The notes under the pieces were generated by a model, which was given only the letters and a program-made list of their open reading frames with translations, searched no databases and was not told where the DNA came from. A stretch of 64,000 nt of DNA from Thalia democratica. Taxonomy: Eukaryota. The position numbers and the translations under genes were made by a program. Position 1 is the first letter of the stretch. Each line of letters starts with the position of its first letter. Of the stretch, positions 12,101 through 22,609 are shown one piece after another. Location of the stretch: the NCBI GenBank assembly GCA_965202585.1, contig OZ241833.1, positions 27,962,001 through 28,026,000 of the forward strand, read 5' to 3'.

Positions 12101-15100
12101 TTGAGAGTGTTTGTTTTTTTTTTAATTTTAAATTTCAACCAAAAATGTTTATAATACATAATAGAAACACAAACTTTGTGGTTTTTTGCTGACAAATGAA
12201 TATGTTTTTTTCGCATTTGCAAATTGAAATAACATTGGTCCATGAACTGTTTGAGTTTTCGCACAAAGATACTGAAGGTTTTAGTTGTCTGCTAACACAA
12301 GATTTCATAAAGTTATTAAATGTAAAGGATATAATAAATTTCACATTTTTTCAATTTATTTACGTAGTATTAAACTTTAATTTCACCCTCTAAGATAACA
12401 AAAGTTGTTTTGGTATAATTTTAAGTTTTTGTTTAAAAACTAGAATTGTAAAGAGAAATAAAGTGGATACAACCAAATTATTTTCTATCAGTCCCTACTG
12501 TACTTGAAAATATTTAGTTTGCTTAAGCTAAAGATTTATGTTGTTGTTTTTTTCTAGAAAGTGATAGATAACTTTCCATATTGTATATTGAATTGTTCTT
12601 ATTTTAGCATTTTGATGTATGCAGTAGCTTGAGGGTCTTTGAGCTATCTTTAAAAAATATTTTTTTTTTGTATGTTTCTATGAGATTTAAATGTTTTATA
12701 TTTGCTTGGTAAACAACTTTTTTTCTACAAATAAAATATTTTCTATAGTCGTTCACTAAAATACTAGTGGCTTAAATTTTATACAAACGAGACTGAAATG
12801 CTATGCTTGAGAGTAAAACTTAAGCGAGCTAAAATGATCATCTAGCTTTTTAGTTGCACAGAAGACATGCATAGTACTTGTCATGTTGACTTGCCATAGT
12901 TTGAAGAACAAGGTTCTTTTGTTGATAATTAAAATTAAGTTTGGTAATTTTTTTTACAAACAAAAAGTTTGTTTGTGCATGTTGTTATAGTGTAGCTAAA
13001 TGTATATATTCTCAATGCTTTTATCAAAAATGTAACCACTATATATATTTTTTCTTTCGTTTACTTCTAACAAATTATAACTGATTAAGTTTTAAACTAC
13101 TTTTTTCTCATAGGTTTAGCTGTCTTTATTTATTATCATATTATTTTGTTCGTAGTATTTTCTTTAAAATTTCAAAATGTATATTAAAGTGTTTTTTAAA
13201 TTTTAGCAGTTAGCTCTTAACAATTTAATTAACTACAAAATTTTTAAATATCAAAAAAATAAACTGTGTTATTTTTTCAATTTGAATAAGATAAGTACGG
13301 ATTGTTATTTTTAAATTAGCAAGCTAAACACGTTGATTTTTGTTACAAAAAATAATTGTTTGCTTTTTATTTCGTACAGCTTCCAGTGGGGCGATCAGGC
13401 AGCTTTCCTCCAAAAACCAATCAGCAGAGTGAGTGAATATTTTTTTTGTAATTTAACACATACAAAAAGTTTTAGTGTTTAAATGCTTGTTTCAGCTGGT
13501 CATGTTTGGTATTTTTAAAACTTTCTGGTTTGCATAAGTGTTTTTTTAGTTGCTTTATAAGTTTTGTAAGTGTTGTAAGTAGTTATTTAATTAATGATTT
13601 ACTCATGAGGTACTGTTTTTTATTATAAACAGTTAAATACATCAGGGTTGACATATTTGTATAACATTTTTAATTTGTACTTGTTTACAAATGTGTTTTG
13701 TTTTTTAAATTTATTTTAAAGAAAAAGCTTTTCATTTTAAATTCTTTGATTTTAGTCATTTTTGTTGTAACAGCGATTGTTAGTTTTAACTAGTGATGTA
13801 CCGGACCCACAATTTCGGGTCCGGCCGGACCCGGATCCAGACTTTTTTTTAAAATTAGAATCCGGCCGGAACCGGATCCGGACTTTTTTTTCAAATTAGA
13901 ATCCGGCCGAAACCGGACCCGGACTTTTTTTTCAAATTAGAGTCCGGCCGGAACCGGATCCGGACTTTTTTTTTCAAATTAGAATCCGGCCGGATCCGGA
14001 TATCAGACAAAAATGGCAATATCCGGCCGGACCCGGATAGTGAATCCGGTACATCACTAGAATAAACTAGCCTGAGTCAGAATGAGGTTTTTAAAAACTG
14101 AAAAAAAAGAACTTTAATCTAATAATAAGTAGAAAAGCTAGCCACAAGGTTTACAAATTTAGGTGTTATTTACAATTAAAAATCTGAAATCAAGTTCTTG
14201 AACAAAATACTTTAGAAAATTACAAAATATTGAACACTGGATCAGCTCAAACTCCTTCAAAATTTAAAAGAAAACTGTCTGAGTTTATATATAAATTAAA
14301 CTAGCCTGAGGCAGTCCAAAATTTTCTAAAATTCCCAAAAATTTTCAAACTAGCAGGGTTTCCACTGTTTAAGTCAATAAAACTAGCTAGAGTAAGTATA
14401 AACAAGCCTGAGTCAGAATGAGGTTTTTAAAAACTGAAAAAATTACTTTAATCTAATAATCAGTAGAACAGCTAGCAAAGGTTGACAATTTGGTAGTAAA
14501 GTTGTTGTACACTTAACTTATTAGTACTACCCATCATAATTAAATCCTACCTTATTTAATTAATATCTAACAAATACTAAATTCTAACTAAGACGATTTT
14601 CTATAATCAGACACGACAGTTTTGAGTGATGAATCTTTTATATAAAACACACCAAGAAATACTAGCATATACAAAATTATTAATTACTTTGGTAACACTT
14701 TAAAAACTGGAAGCTATTTAAATCTATATCAAAAGACTTAAAACAAAAAACTAAAAATTAAATAAAACTTTTAGTAAACAACAAACTGTAAAATTTTTAT
14801 AAACTATTAAACTATAAACCTGGATTAAATTTTTAAACAATTAAACACCTGTTGAAATATTCTTTTTTAAACAAAACACTACTTACAATAAGCATTCACA
14901 AAAACGTTCAAGATATTTTGTTGCTTCAAGCTACACACCAAATTAACTAACTGCTTACATATAAACTGCCTGCCATGTTTTGATGTTTTGTTGCATCAGT
15001 ATTTAGTTTGAAACATTTTGTCATATGATTCTCATTGGCTCGTACATTCAACCGTTTTAATTCTAAATATTCTCTGAGCTCAACTTTAAACAATAAATAA

Positions 15101-18100
15101 TGCAAGTATTCATTCCAAAGTTTTCAATTTTACAACATATGTAAAGAGTTTTATTTCATGAAATGTTTTTTTCATAGTTTAAATGTAAACAAATGTAAAT
15201 TAGTCACGTGTTTAAAATGAGCCGATCACAGTAGGTGTTTAATTTTAACTGACGAAAATGACTCTTATCAATTTACACAGGGTTTGTTTTTGAAAAAATA
15301 CTTTTCAGTATGTTCTTTTTTACTAACTAGATCCGGGTTCGGCCGGATCTCTGTTAGGATCCGGCCGGACCCGGATCCGGACTTTTTTTTCAAATTAGAA
15401 TCCGGCCGGAACCGGACCCGGACTTTTTTTTCAAATTAGAGTCCGGCCGGAACCGGATCCGGACTTTTTTTTAAAATTAGAATCCGGCCGGATCCGGATA
15501 TCAGACAAAAATGGCAATATCCGGCCGGACCCGGACCCGGATAGTGAGTCCGGTACATCACTAGTTTTAACAAATTTTATATAAAATTTAGACGCCTTTT
15601 AGGGAGAATAAATTGTAAATAAATTTTTGTATAACACTTTACATATGAAAATAAAATATAAGTAAAATAATTGAACTAGTTTAAGCTCTCTATATATTTC
15701 TCTTCTTTTATCATGAATATTAAAAATACATAGTAGTCTAATAGTTTATAAATAAGTTGGAATACCAACACAGGTGATTAAATATAATTAACTAATTTTT
15801 CATCTACGATGTAACTGCATATTAGTTATCAGAATTTAAAATTCATTTTAATCTGTTTCTTTTTATTACCAATATTTTTATTAATAAATTTCTAGTAAGC
15901 ATAGAAATAATCAATTTAGTTTAAGAAAAACACATTTTGAGCAACATATTCAACATTTTTTTTTTCAGCAACAAAATGTTTTCATTCAGATCAACTCCGC
16001 AGCACGTGACAGATTTTTTCAGCAACTCCTCCACGGCAACCCCGTCGCCTAGCAACCAACCGAAAGGGGACTTCCCTCATCAGGAGGACCTGTTTGCCGC
16101 TGCCCCGCCCCCAATAAAGCCCGCAGGTTGGCCCAGCTGCTAAATTTGTCAAGTTTTGTAATTTGCTTGTATAAAAATCATTTGTCTCTTTCAGCACATG
16201 GTACTTACTTTACGGTTTAAGTTGAGAGTGGCTTATTTTATGCACTTGTATCTGTGAAAGTTTTTCAAAAGCTTCTCAAGCCACACTTTAAATCAGAATT
16301 TTGTTTACTAATGTTCATAATCATATAATTGCGAAAAACTTTAAAATAATCGCCCTAGTTTATTAGATATCAACTTTTCACTAAATAGTTTCCTGTATAA
16401 ATGTTTATTTTCTTGCTATTTATTGCCTCCTGGTAACCAAACTTGCCCCCAATACATAAGGTATTAGGAAAAACTGTTTTGATTACTCAAGTTTTTAGAC
16501 TCTTGCTATTGGGTATTCTGAAAAAAAAACTAAATTTATAAATCTTTTTTGATTTTATTTCTTAAAACAAGACTTTGTACCACTAACATTTTGTTGAAGA
16601 CAGTTTTAAAATATAAATAATACAGAAATGTAGCTTTCAAAAAAACATCATTAAAGTTTGTCGTTAAAACTTAACAAAAAAGCCTTGCATCAAACTGTCA
16701 ACATGGGTTACATGACAATTCAAATTCGGAAAACTCAAATTCCGACAATTCAAATTCTTAAATAAAAATTTAAAAGACTATTTCTCAAAAAGTAATATAA
16801 ACTAAAAAATGATAAAAAATATATATGTAGATCTTATTAAAATCTACAAGCCACTTTTTCTTTTTTGAAAAATCTTAAATATTTATAAGCTATTTTAAAA
16901 TTACTAAAAATAACTATGTTTTTTACTTTATTTAAGCCATATCTCAAAAAATATTTAATATTTTGCACAAAGAAAAAAATGGCAAATATATATCAATAGG
17001 AACTACATATGTATTTTTTATATTTGACAAATATACACTACTTTTTTAGTTGAGGCCCTTTCATTTTTTTTTTAAGAATTTGTATTGTCGTAATTTAAAT
17101 TGTCCGAATTTGAACAGTCGTGCACCCGTCAACATGGTCTCTTTTTTTTTTTGCAAAAAAAAAACTTTAAACGTAGGTACATAAAAATGTTTAAAAAAAT
17201 TATTAAAAAAGTTTATAAAATAGTTCATGCGTACAACTAATAATTAATGACCAAAAAAATTGAAAATTGAACCAATGACAAAAGTCTTAACCCTTGTAAT
17301 TGGTTTAAGCTGGCGGAAAAACATTCTAGTCATCAAAAAGCTAACTTTTCTTTTTCTTTGCTGCAAACATTTAACAAAGTAACAAAACTGTTTTACTCAT
17401 TATCAGGCGATTTGTTGCGGGCGTCCATGAAGTCGGCCCCTCCCACTTCGAGCAACATGATGTCCGGCATGAACGACAGGAAGGCTTCGATCTCGTCGAT
17501 CAACTTCTTCCCTTCGCTTCCCACGGTTCCCGGCACCACCGGTTCGTGCAATATTGTTTGAATGTATTTACGAGAGTTAAAAGACAATGGCAAGAAAAAA
17601 AGTTTTAGTCTATTAATGTGTCACATTTAAAATAAGTTTAATAGAATTTGATTTAGCAGATACATCTTTGGCCATTGATAACTTTTAAAATATATTTTTT
17701 TAGCCTTACATGGCAAGCTTAAGTAAAATTATATTTTACCCGATAGTTAGATTATTTGAAATGAAATTGAATTTACAGGCCGTCCAAGGAACAGGTCGTC
17801 TCTGAGAGGTTCGGCTGATAAGAACGGGCTGACTAAAGAAAGTGATAAAAACGCTTCGTCGGATGAAGTTAACAGTAAACGTTAGTTGGTTATTTGAGTT
17901 GCTATAAACTTTAGGTAAACGTAAGTTAATTATAGTTTAGTGTATTTAGTTAAGAGCAAGAGTTGAATTCAGATTGAAAACTATTTTTTGATCATCTCAC
18001 AACGTTTTTATATAACTAATGTCCTATTTGGACTTTTAATTGAATGTCTAAAAAAAAAGTTTATTTTAATTTGTCTTTCAACAATTTAAACAAAAATAAA

Positions 18101-21100
18101 ATTTTTGTAACAGATATATCTTAGATATATTGATAAAATCGGTTTTAAATATTCAAATTAGTTTGATTCATTACTTTCGTTGATAAATAGTTCAACTAAG
18201 TTAGTATCCAAGTAATACATTTATTCATCTAAAACAGAGTTTCCCAAAGTGGGCCATCTCAGAAATTTAAAAGGCCCTAAGCTGTAAAGGGGCCATGATG
18301 CCAAAATTTGAAATTAACACAAAATATTCTGAAACTTATAATGAAAAAAAAAAGTTTTAGGTGTACAAGGGTAGTTTTGAAACTTATACTAGATATTACG
18401 GGAAAAGTTCAGAAATTTAGGGGGCCACAAAGACATAGTTTAAAATTTACACTAAATTTTCTGGAGTTGATGATGATGAAAAGCAAAAACGGTCTTATGC
18501 GTATTTAAGAGTAGTTTCTGTGGAATCTTGTAAGAGGGGTCACAGCTTTTTAAATTTCTTTAAAAGGGATTTTATGAATAAATACTGTGAAGCCCTGATC
18601 TAGAATCTAAGGAAAATAATTTAAAAACAAATCTACTAAAAATAGTTAAAAAAAAATTGACTATTTATGAACTTTTTGAAAATTTATACACCCAAAACTT
18701 TTTTAGAACAATCCTTTATTTCTTATGAGAACTTTTTTTAAAACAAAAAAAACCTTTTATTTAAGAAAAACAAGAAATTTGACAGTAAATGATTTTATTT
18801 GCAATTAGCAAGCATAAATTAATTTGCAAGCAAAAAATCCCCTTTTACGAAAAACAGAAGCGCCGCTGGCGTCGTCAGAGTCGTGGGACTCGATTTCGTC
18901 CGTTCGCAGCTGCAACACGCCCTCCGCGGACTTTCCCGCCACCAGGGGTCCGTCGCACTCGAGAGGGGGAAGCCCCCTGACCGTTTACAGCCACGGGGAC
19001 CAGGTTCCGTTCGCGGTCAACTTCAAAGAGGTCGTCGACGCCACCATGAAGCCCCACGACGGAATGTTTGTTTGTTACTGATAATTGAATTGCTCATGTC
19101 GGTGATTGTTTAAAACATAACAGAACTTAAACATTAATTGTGTTAGTTTTTACTAATAGAATTGACAACTTTGATAAGTTCAGTTTGAATTTGTTGCATA
19201 TATAAGATATTGAAATAAATTTGGTGATATATTTTTTCATAATATAATTATTAATCATTGTTTTGTTAGTCATGTTTTTTTTTTGATTAGAAACATTTAT
19301 TGAGTTGAAATAATTCTAAATAAAGTATTATGAGATAAAAATTATAACTTAAAGTATTTTTTTTATTCAAATAATTCTAAGCTGACTAAAATTTTATCAC
19401 AAAAACTTAAACAATAAATGTTTTTTTTTAAATTTACTATATTTACCAGATATGTAGCAAAAGTGAGAGGGGAGGTCCACCTTTCATTTTTTAAGGGCGT
19501 CGTAAAAACTTTATTGGCCAATCAGAGCGCTCCGTTGTCGGCACTCTCCTTTGAAATCACCCAGGTCCCGGTTGCCATGGAGATAGTGCCCAACAAATAC
19601 CTGCTCAAAATGTTTGTTAAGTTATTTATTAGTTAATTATTTTAAAGCGCTTGTTCAACTAATAAACTGGTTGTTGGTTTTTTTATAATTGATTATTGTT
19701 CAATTTTGTAAACTATTGCTTTTAATATTTTTTATTTGATACAAATAAAATTGTTTTTTAAAAATAATCTCAATAACCTCCAAGTAACAACACTGAGCAA
19801 CATTAAACAAAATGTATCGATGACCAAAATACCTCATTATTAGTAAATAATAATTGTGATGATTATGACGTCACAGGGAGTCGTTGAAGGACGGGGTGGC
19901 ATTGTTCAGTTTCAACATGGCGGAGTTGATGAAATATTTTCACAAGGTTCAAGGAGACAAGAAAAGCTCGTACGTGGTCTTCACTGCCATCAAGTACATG
20001 GTAGTAGATTTTATTTAAATATTGATTAAGACTGAACATGTCTAATAGATTGAAACATTTTACAGGATTATTTAAGATAAACAATTAGTTTTTATTTATT
20101 TTATCTGAATTTGCAGTTGAATTTTTTGTTCAAATTCGGCCTTTTCTTGGCAGGAAACGTTTCAGTCTGTGGATTAAAAAATACATTTAATTGCGAAAAT
20201 ACCGTTAAATCTTGAATCACTTTTTTTCTGCTATTTTGAAACTTAAAAGTCGATTTGTTGGAGTGTTTTTTAAACCTATAACACTTTAAATTTCTTAAGT
20301 CCGCAGGAACTGGTACTCCACTCTCTGCAAGACCGGTTAAGTCTGAATCACTTTAAATAGGCTTATTTTTTAGTCTTAAACTCATTTTAGGAAATTTAAA
20401 AACTTTACTACTGTATGATAATTGAGCAACTTAAATAACAACTGATAAAACAACAAAAAACGTTAAATATTCGAAGTTCAATCAAAAGTTAGTAGCAAAA
20501 TACGTATTAAAATTAAAAAACTGTATAAAAATAAAAGTTTGAAGAGATAATTTATTCTGAAAATTATTACTTTTTTTTTCAAAATACAAAGGTAAGTAAT
20601 ATAACTAATAACAGTCAACTGCTATCTGATCAAAGCTGGAGTTCTCAAGGAAATAAAATATTTTATGTTGTTTGTTCTTTTTTGAATCTCAAACCTTCAA
20701 ATTAAAAGTTGCAGTTAATTCAATTGCATAGAAATATTTTTCAATTTAATCAAAAGCTCTGGGGTTTTGTTTTACGAAAATGATTAAAAAAAAACAAGCA
20801 ATTTTTTTCAGTACAATCCAGAGCCGAGTAAGTGCAAAGACATACTTCCTGTGGATTTCAGTTGCAAGTGGAGTAATAATGGCAGCAACTCAAATCATGT
20901 AAAATTAGAATACAGGTTATTGAGCGTTTTATTTTTAATTTGAAAAGTTAAGAAATATTTGAATATACTTGTAATGAACTAAATATATTAGCTTAAGAAA
21001 ACTACAAAATTAATTGCTTTTTAAGTACTTTGGTAATAGCTTAAAATTTATTTTTTGAAAGTTTAAAATAGGTTAACTTAAAAAAAAAACCATTATTATG

Positions 21101-22438
21101 GATATATGAATTATGTTTTTTTACTGTGTTGATAAATTGCAAAAACATAAAAAAACATTTGTTAGTTATGTATTATAAGTTAAGTTAAATGTGATTATTC
21201 ATATATACATGGTTTAAATTACTTGGGGTATTTTAATATGAAAACAATAAAATGAATCAGCATGAAACTAATTAACAGTTACAACAAAGAGATGAGCTTG
21301 ATGTCGAGCTTGGAATTCATTTTGCCCGTTGACAAGGAAATCACCAAAGTTGAAACTTCACCGCTTCCAGCTACGTGGTTTGTATGGAGTTATTTTTGTT
21401 TTAGATCTTTAAAAACTTGATCAATGTTTATTGGGAAGGATTCTTGTACACTATTTTGTTTTAAAGTATAAACGTTACAATAAATAACGGACGATGATTG
21501 AAAACAGTGGGGTATCAATTATTTATTATCCTTTATAAAAAAGAGTAATGGATAAGTATTTTTTACCTATAATTTTTTTTTAACTCAAATAATGGCAAGC
21601 CCTGCTGTAAGTACTGTCTTAAGTTGATTGGCTTCAATATTAAGCAAAGACACATACAAAGAATTTTTATTTTCCTATACAAAACAAAATAATAAATACA
21701 TTTATTTACCTTCCAAACCACTTTGTTATTCATACTTTACTTTTCATTATTCACACTTTCACAGGAAACCGTTTGAAAAGCGTCTCTGCTGGAAGAGTGG
21801 CGGCTCTTTCGCGCCACCGAGCGGCAGAAGCGTGGTTACGGAGGGCGAAGTGGTGACTTGCGAGGCGTGCCAGTCGCCATCTAGCGGAAATCAGATTGCC
21901 GCCATTTTCGCGTCGCCGAACGAAGTGGTGAGCGGGGTGGGGTTCCGGGTGAACTGCCCGGGGTACAAGGCCACCGTCGTCAAGAAATCCTTCAAAACAG
22001 GTTTTTTTTTAAATTTATTTGCACACATTCATTTCTTAATACAAAGTGTTTTTGTTTATGATGATAGATACAATTTTTCCGTTTGTCTTAATTGTTTTTA
22101 GATAACTTTGTTCACATGCGTTTGTTTATACAAAGTTTCCGTGTATGCAGTGCTAATTATTTTTTTTATGTTTCTGTTTCGGTGTTCCAGCATTAGTTTG
22201 ATTTCTGTTTAGAGAATCAAAATGTGAAGAAATTTTTAATGTGATGGGTGTAAAATAGTGTGAAATGTTTGAGAAATCTTGCTGTCGAAGTTGTTTTAAA
22301 CATTGTAAAAGTAATTTATATATTTAGTTAAGATTTAAATTTACTTTTTTAAAACCTGAAAAATTTTATTTTGTTAGTTTCACATCTAATTTTAAGTTTT
22401 TTTTTTCAGGAAAGTATTTTTCTACGCTCAGCACGTAG
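69..22438 (+). CDS. FCHO: FCHo1/2-like F-BAR + mu-homology endocytic adaptor, 5'-partial multi-exon gene (21 exons in window, 2499 nt, 832 aa + stop)
   Basis: Hand-spliced exons chain in phase from 69 to the stop at 22438. Peptides match FCHO2 hallmarks: KFQEVEEFHL (KFQDIEETHL), KSKATGIKRP (ESKGTGKERP), VDEEGYTIRP, SSDDSSDSDDD..KIHVKIRP, RGGSPLT..DQVPFAVNFKEVVDA, and C-terminal GYKATVVKKSFKTGKY (GYRFSLIKKRFAAGKY). Confidence 0.95.
364..462 (+). CDS. FCHO: FCHo exon, F-BAR (KFQEVEEFHLEKMKK...ISQ)
   Basis: ttgcag|aaa ... caa|gtaggt; 99 nt, phase 0/0. Confidence 0.92.
886..982 (+). CDS. FCHO: FCHo exon, F-BAR end (VHREIRSK...KATGIKRP)
   Basis: ctcag|gtt ... ctc|gtaagt; phase 0/1. Confidence 0.92.
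2263..2536 (+). CDS. FCHO: FCHo exon (PLLFEDYKPK...EAVSG)
   Basis: tttcag|cg ... gg|gtgaga; GC-rich island; phase 1/2. Confidence 0.88.
3535..3565 (+). CDS. FCHO: FCHo 31-nt micro-exon (GSPEKDAQSL)
   Basis: acacag|t ... ttg|gttagt; phase 2/0 bridges both neighbours. Confidence 0.8.
3725..3766 (+). CDS. FCHO: FCHo 42-nt exon (NVDEEGYTIRPDLK)
   Basis: ttctag|aat ... aaa|gtagtt; conserved VDEEGY motif. Confidence 0.85.
4285..4407 (+). CDS. FCHO: FCHo exon (…SSDDSSDSDDDVISRKIHVKIRPKDE)
   Basis: caacag|agc ... gag|gttata; acidic Ser tract plus IxIxP motif as in FCHo/SGIP1. Confidence 0.88.
4797..5464. mobile_element. Palindromic non-autonomous DNA transposon (TTAA TSD, GG…CC ends; Kolobok-type MITE)
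   Basis: ttaa|gggcatagggggg … cccccctatgccc|ttaa; the two ~330-bp arms are near-perfect inverted repeats. Confidence 0.85.
6703..6783 (+). CDS. FCHO: FCHo exon (AIPTDNNLDALNSIKNKLTLLPAPNPS)
   Basis: tttcag|gca ... tct|gtaagt; resembles FCHO2 SLDELKVSIGNITLSP. Confidence 0.88.
7878..7893 (+). CDS. FCHO: FCHo 16-nt micro-exon (NTKKS)
   Basis: tacacag|aac ... cac|gtgagt; supplies the phase 0 to 1 shift needed for the next exon. Confidence 0.75.
10487..10711 (+). CDS. FCHO: FCHo linker exon (…HYDFPSLEAEF…AGWDEPW…AGFDNSF…)
   Basis: tcaaag|ca ... g|gtaaac; phase 1/1; GC-rich. Confidence 0.8.
10712..10968 (+). CDS. FCHO: In-frame extension of FCHo exon to a stop; probable alternative terminal exon
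   Basis: The frame stays open and GC-rich past the donor for ~85 codons (GKPRQGSSSSLRRSNAF…MLKYLI*). A GC-richer tail and an AATAAA near 11333 follow. Confidence 0.6.
13380..13428 (+). CDS. FCHO: FCHo 49-nt exon (ASSGAIRQLSSKNQSA)
   Basis: gtacag|c ... ga|gtgagt; phase 1/2 fits both neighbours. Confidence 0.75.
13791..15563 (+). mobile_element. Composite non-autonomous hAT-type element, copy 1
   Basis: TIR TAGTGATGTACCGGAC at both ends; 8-bp TSD gttttaac (13783-13790, 15564-15571); ~40-bp subterminal repeats; an extra internal TIR ends at 14059. Confidence 0.9.
15969..16126 (+). CDS. FCHO: FCHo linker exon (…QEDLFAAAPPPIKPA)
   Basis: tttcag|c ... g|gttggc. Same-phase alternative acceptors at 15990 and 16023 make the start uncertain. 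Confidence 0.75.
16706..17127. mobile_element. Mutator-like MITE with 15-bp subterminal repeats
   Basis: 9-bp TSD gtcaacatg (16697-16705, 17128-17136); ends ggttacatgac / gtcgtgcaccc. Confidence 0.85.
17407..17541 (+). CDS. FCHO: FCHo linker exon (GDLLRASMKSAPP…PGTT)
   Basis: tatcag|gc ... g|gttcgt; phase 1/1. Confidence 0.82.
17779..17880 (+). CDS. FCHO: FCHo linker exon (GRPRNRSSLRGS…)
   Basis: ttacag|gc; donor gttagt at 17881, or same-phase gtaaac at 17875. Confidence 0.78.
18235..18597. mobile_element. hAT-type MITE (CAG-A/G-G TIR)
   Basis: cagagtttccc … gaagccctg; flanks atctaaaa / atctagaa. Confidence 0.7.
18858..19065 (+). CDS. FCHO: FCHo exon, start of mu-homology domain
   Basis: aaacag|aa ... 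at|gtttgt; RGGSPLTVYSHGDQVPFAVNFKEVVDA. Confidence 0.92.
19450..19611 (+). CDS. FCHO: FCHo muHD exon (YVAKVRGEVHLSF…VPNKYLLK)
   Basis: taccag|a ... at|gtttgt; matches IVKITGEMVLSF…LPNPQLL. Confidence 0.92.
19877..20000 (+). CDS. FCHO: FCHo muHD exon (…FSFNMAELMKYF…IKYM)
   Basis: tcacag|g ... atg|gtagta; matches FWVNMPNLM…LKYQ. Confidence 0.9.
20812..20915 (+). CDS. FCHO: FCHo muHD exon (YNPEP…LPVDFSCKW…KLEY)
   Basis: tttcag|tac ... ag|gttatt; phase 0/2. Confidence 0.88.
21279..21377 (+). CDS. FCHO: FCHo muHD exon (YNKEM…LEFILPVDKEITKV…PATW)
   Basis: taacag|t ... tg|gtttgt; matches VQFLVPIDGGVTKL…PAVW. Confidence 0.9.
21765..22000 (+). CDS. FCHO: FCHo muHD exon (KPFEKRLCWK…PGYKATVVKKSFKT)
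   Basis: tcacag|g ... g|gttttt; phase 2/1. Confidence 0.9.
22410..22438 (+). CDS. FCHO: FCHo last coding exon (GKYFSTLST*)
   Basis: tttcag|ga; G-K-Y terminal motif followed by TAG. Confidence 0.88.
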
Positions 22439-22479
22439 TGCTTTCAATTCTCCCCCGATCCAACATATCCTGGTGCTAT

Positions 22480-22609
22480 ATTCATGTGAGGGAACTTCCC
22501 TTTGTTAAAATTCATGTAAGAGATTTTTCCCTTTGTTGAAATTCACGTGAGGAAACTTCTCTTGTTCAAATTCATGTGAGGGAATTACCCTTTGTTGAAA
22601 ATCGTGTGA
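22480..22609 (+). repeat. ~30-bp tandem repeat (4 units + partial) in FCHo 3' UTR
   Basis: Unit attcatgtgagggaacttccctttgttnaa. Confidence 0.9.

Noticed and set aside
13800-14060. CRISPR-like regularly spaced palindromic repeats (also 15330-15560, 48040-48270, 49560-49830)
   Set aside because: Spacers are near-identical, the context is eukaryotic, and there are TIRs and TSDs; these are hAT subterminal repeats.
2134-19113. Listed ORFs at 2259-2519, 2282-2521, 10453-10665, 15991-16197, 17393-17593, 18789-18980, 18875-19057, 18883-19113
   Set aside because: Antisense or off-frame shadows of GC-rich FCHo exons.
20307-20340. Possible extra FCHo exon (ccgcag|gaactgg…)
   Set aside because: Available donors break the phase, and the muHD alignment is complete without it.
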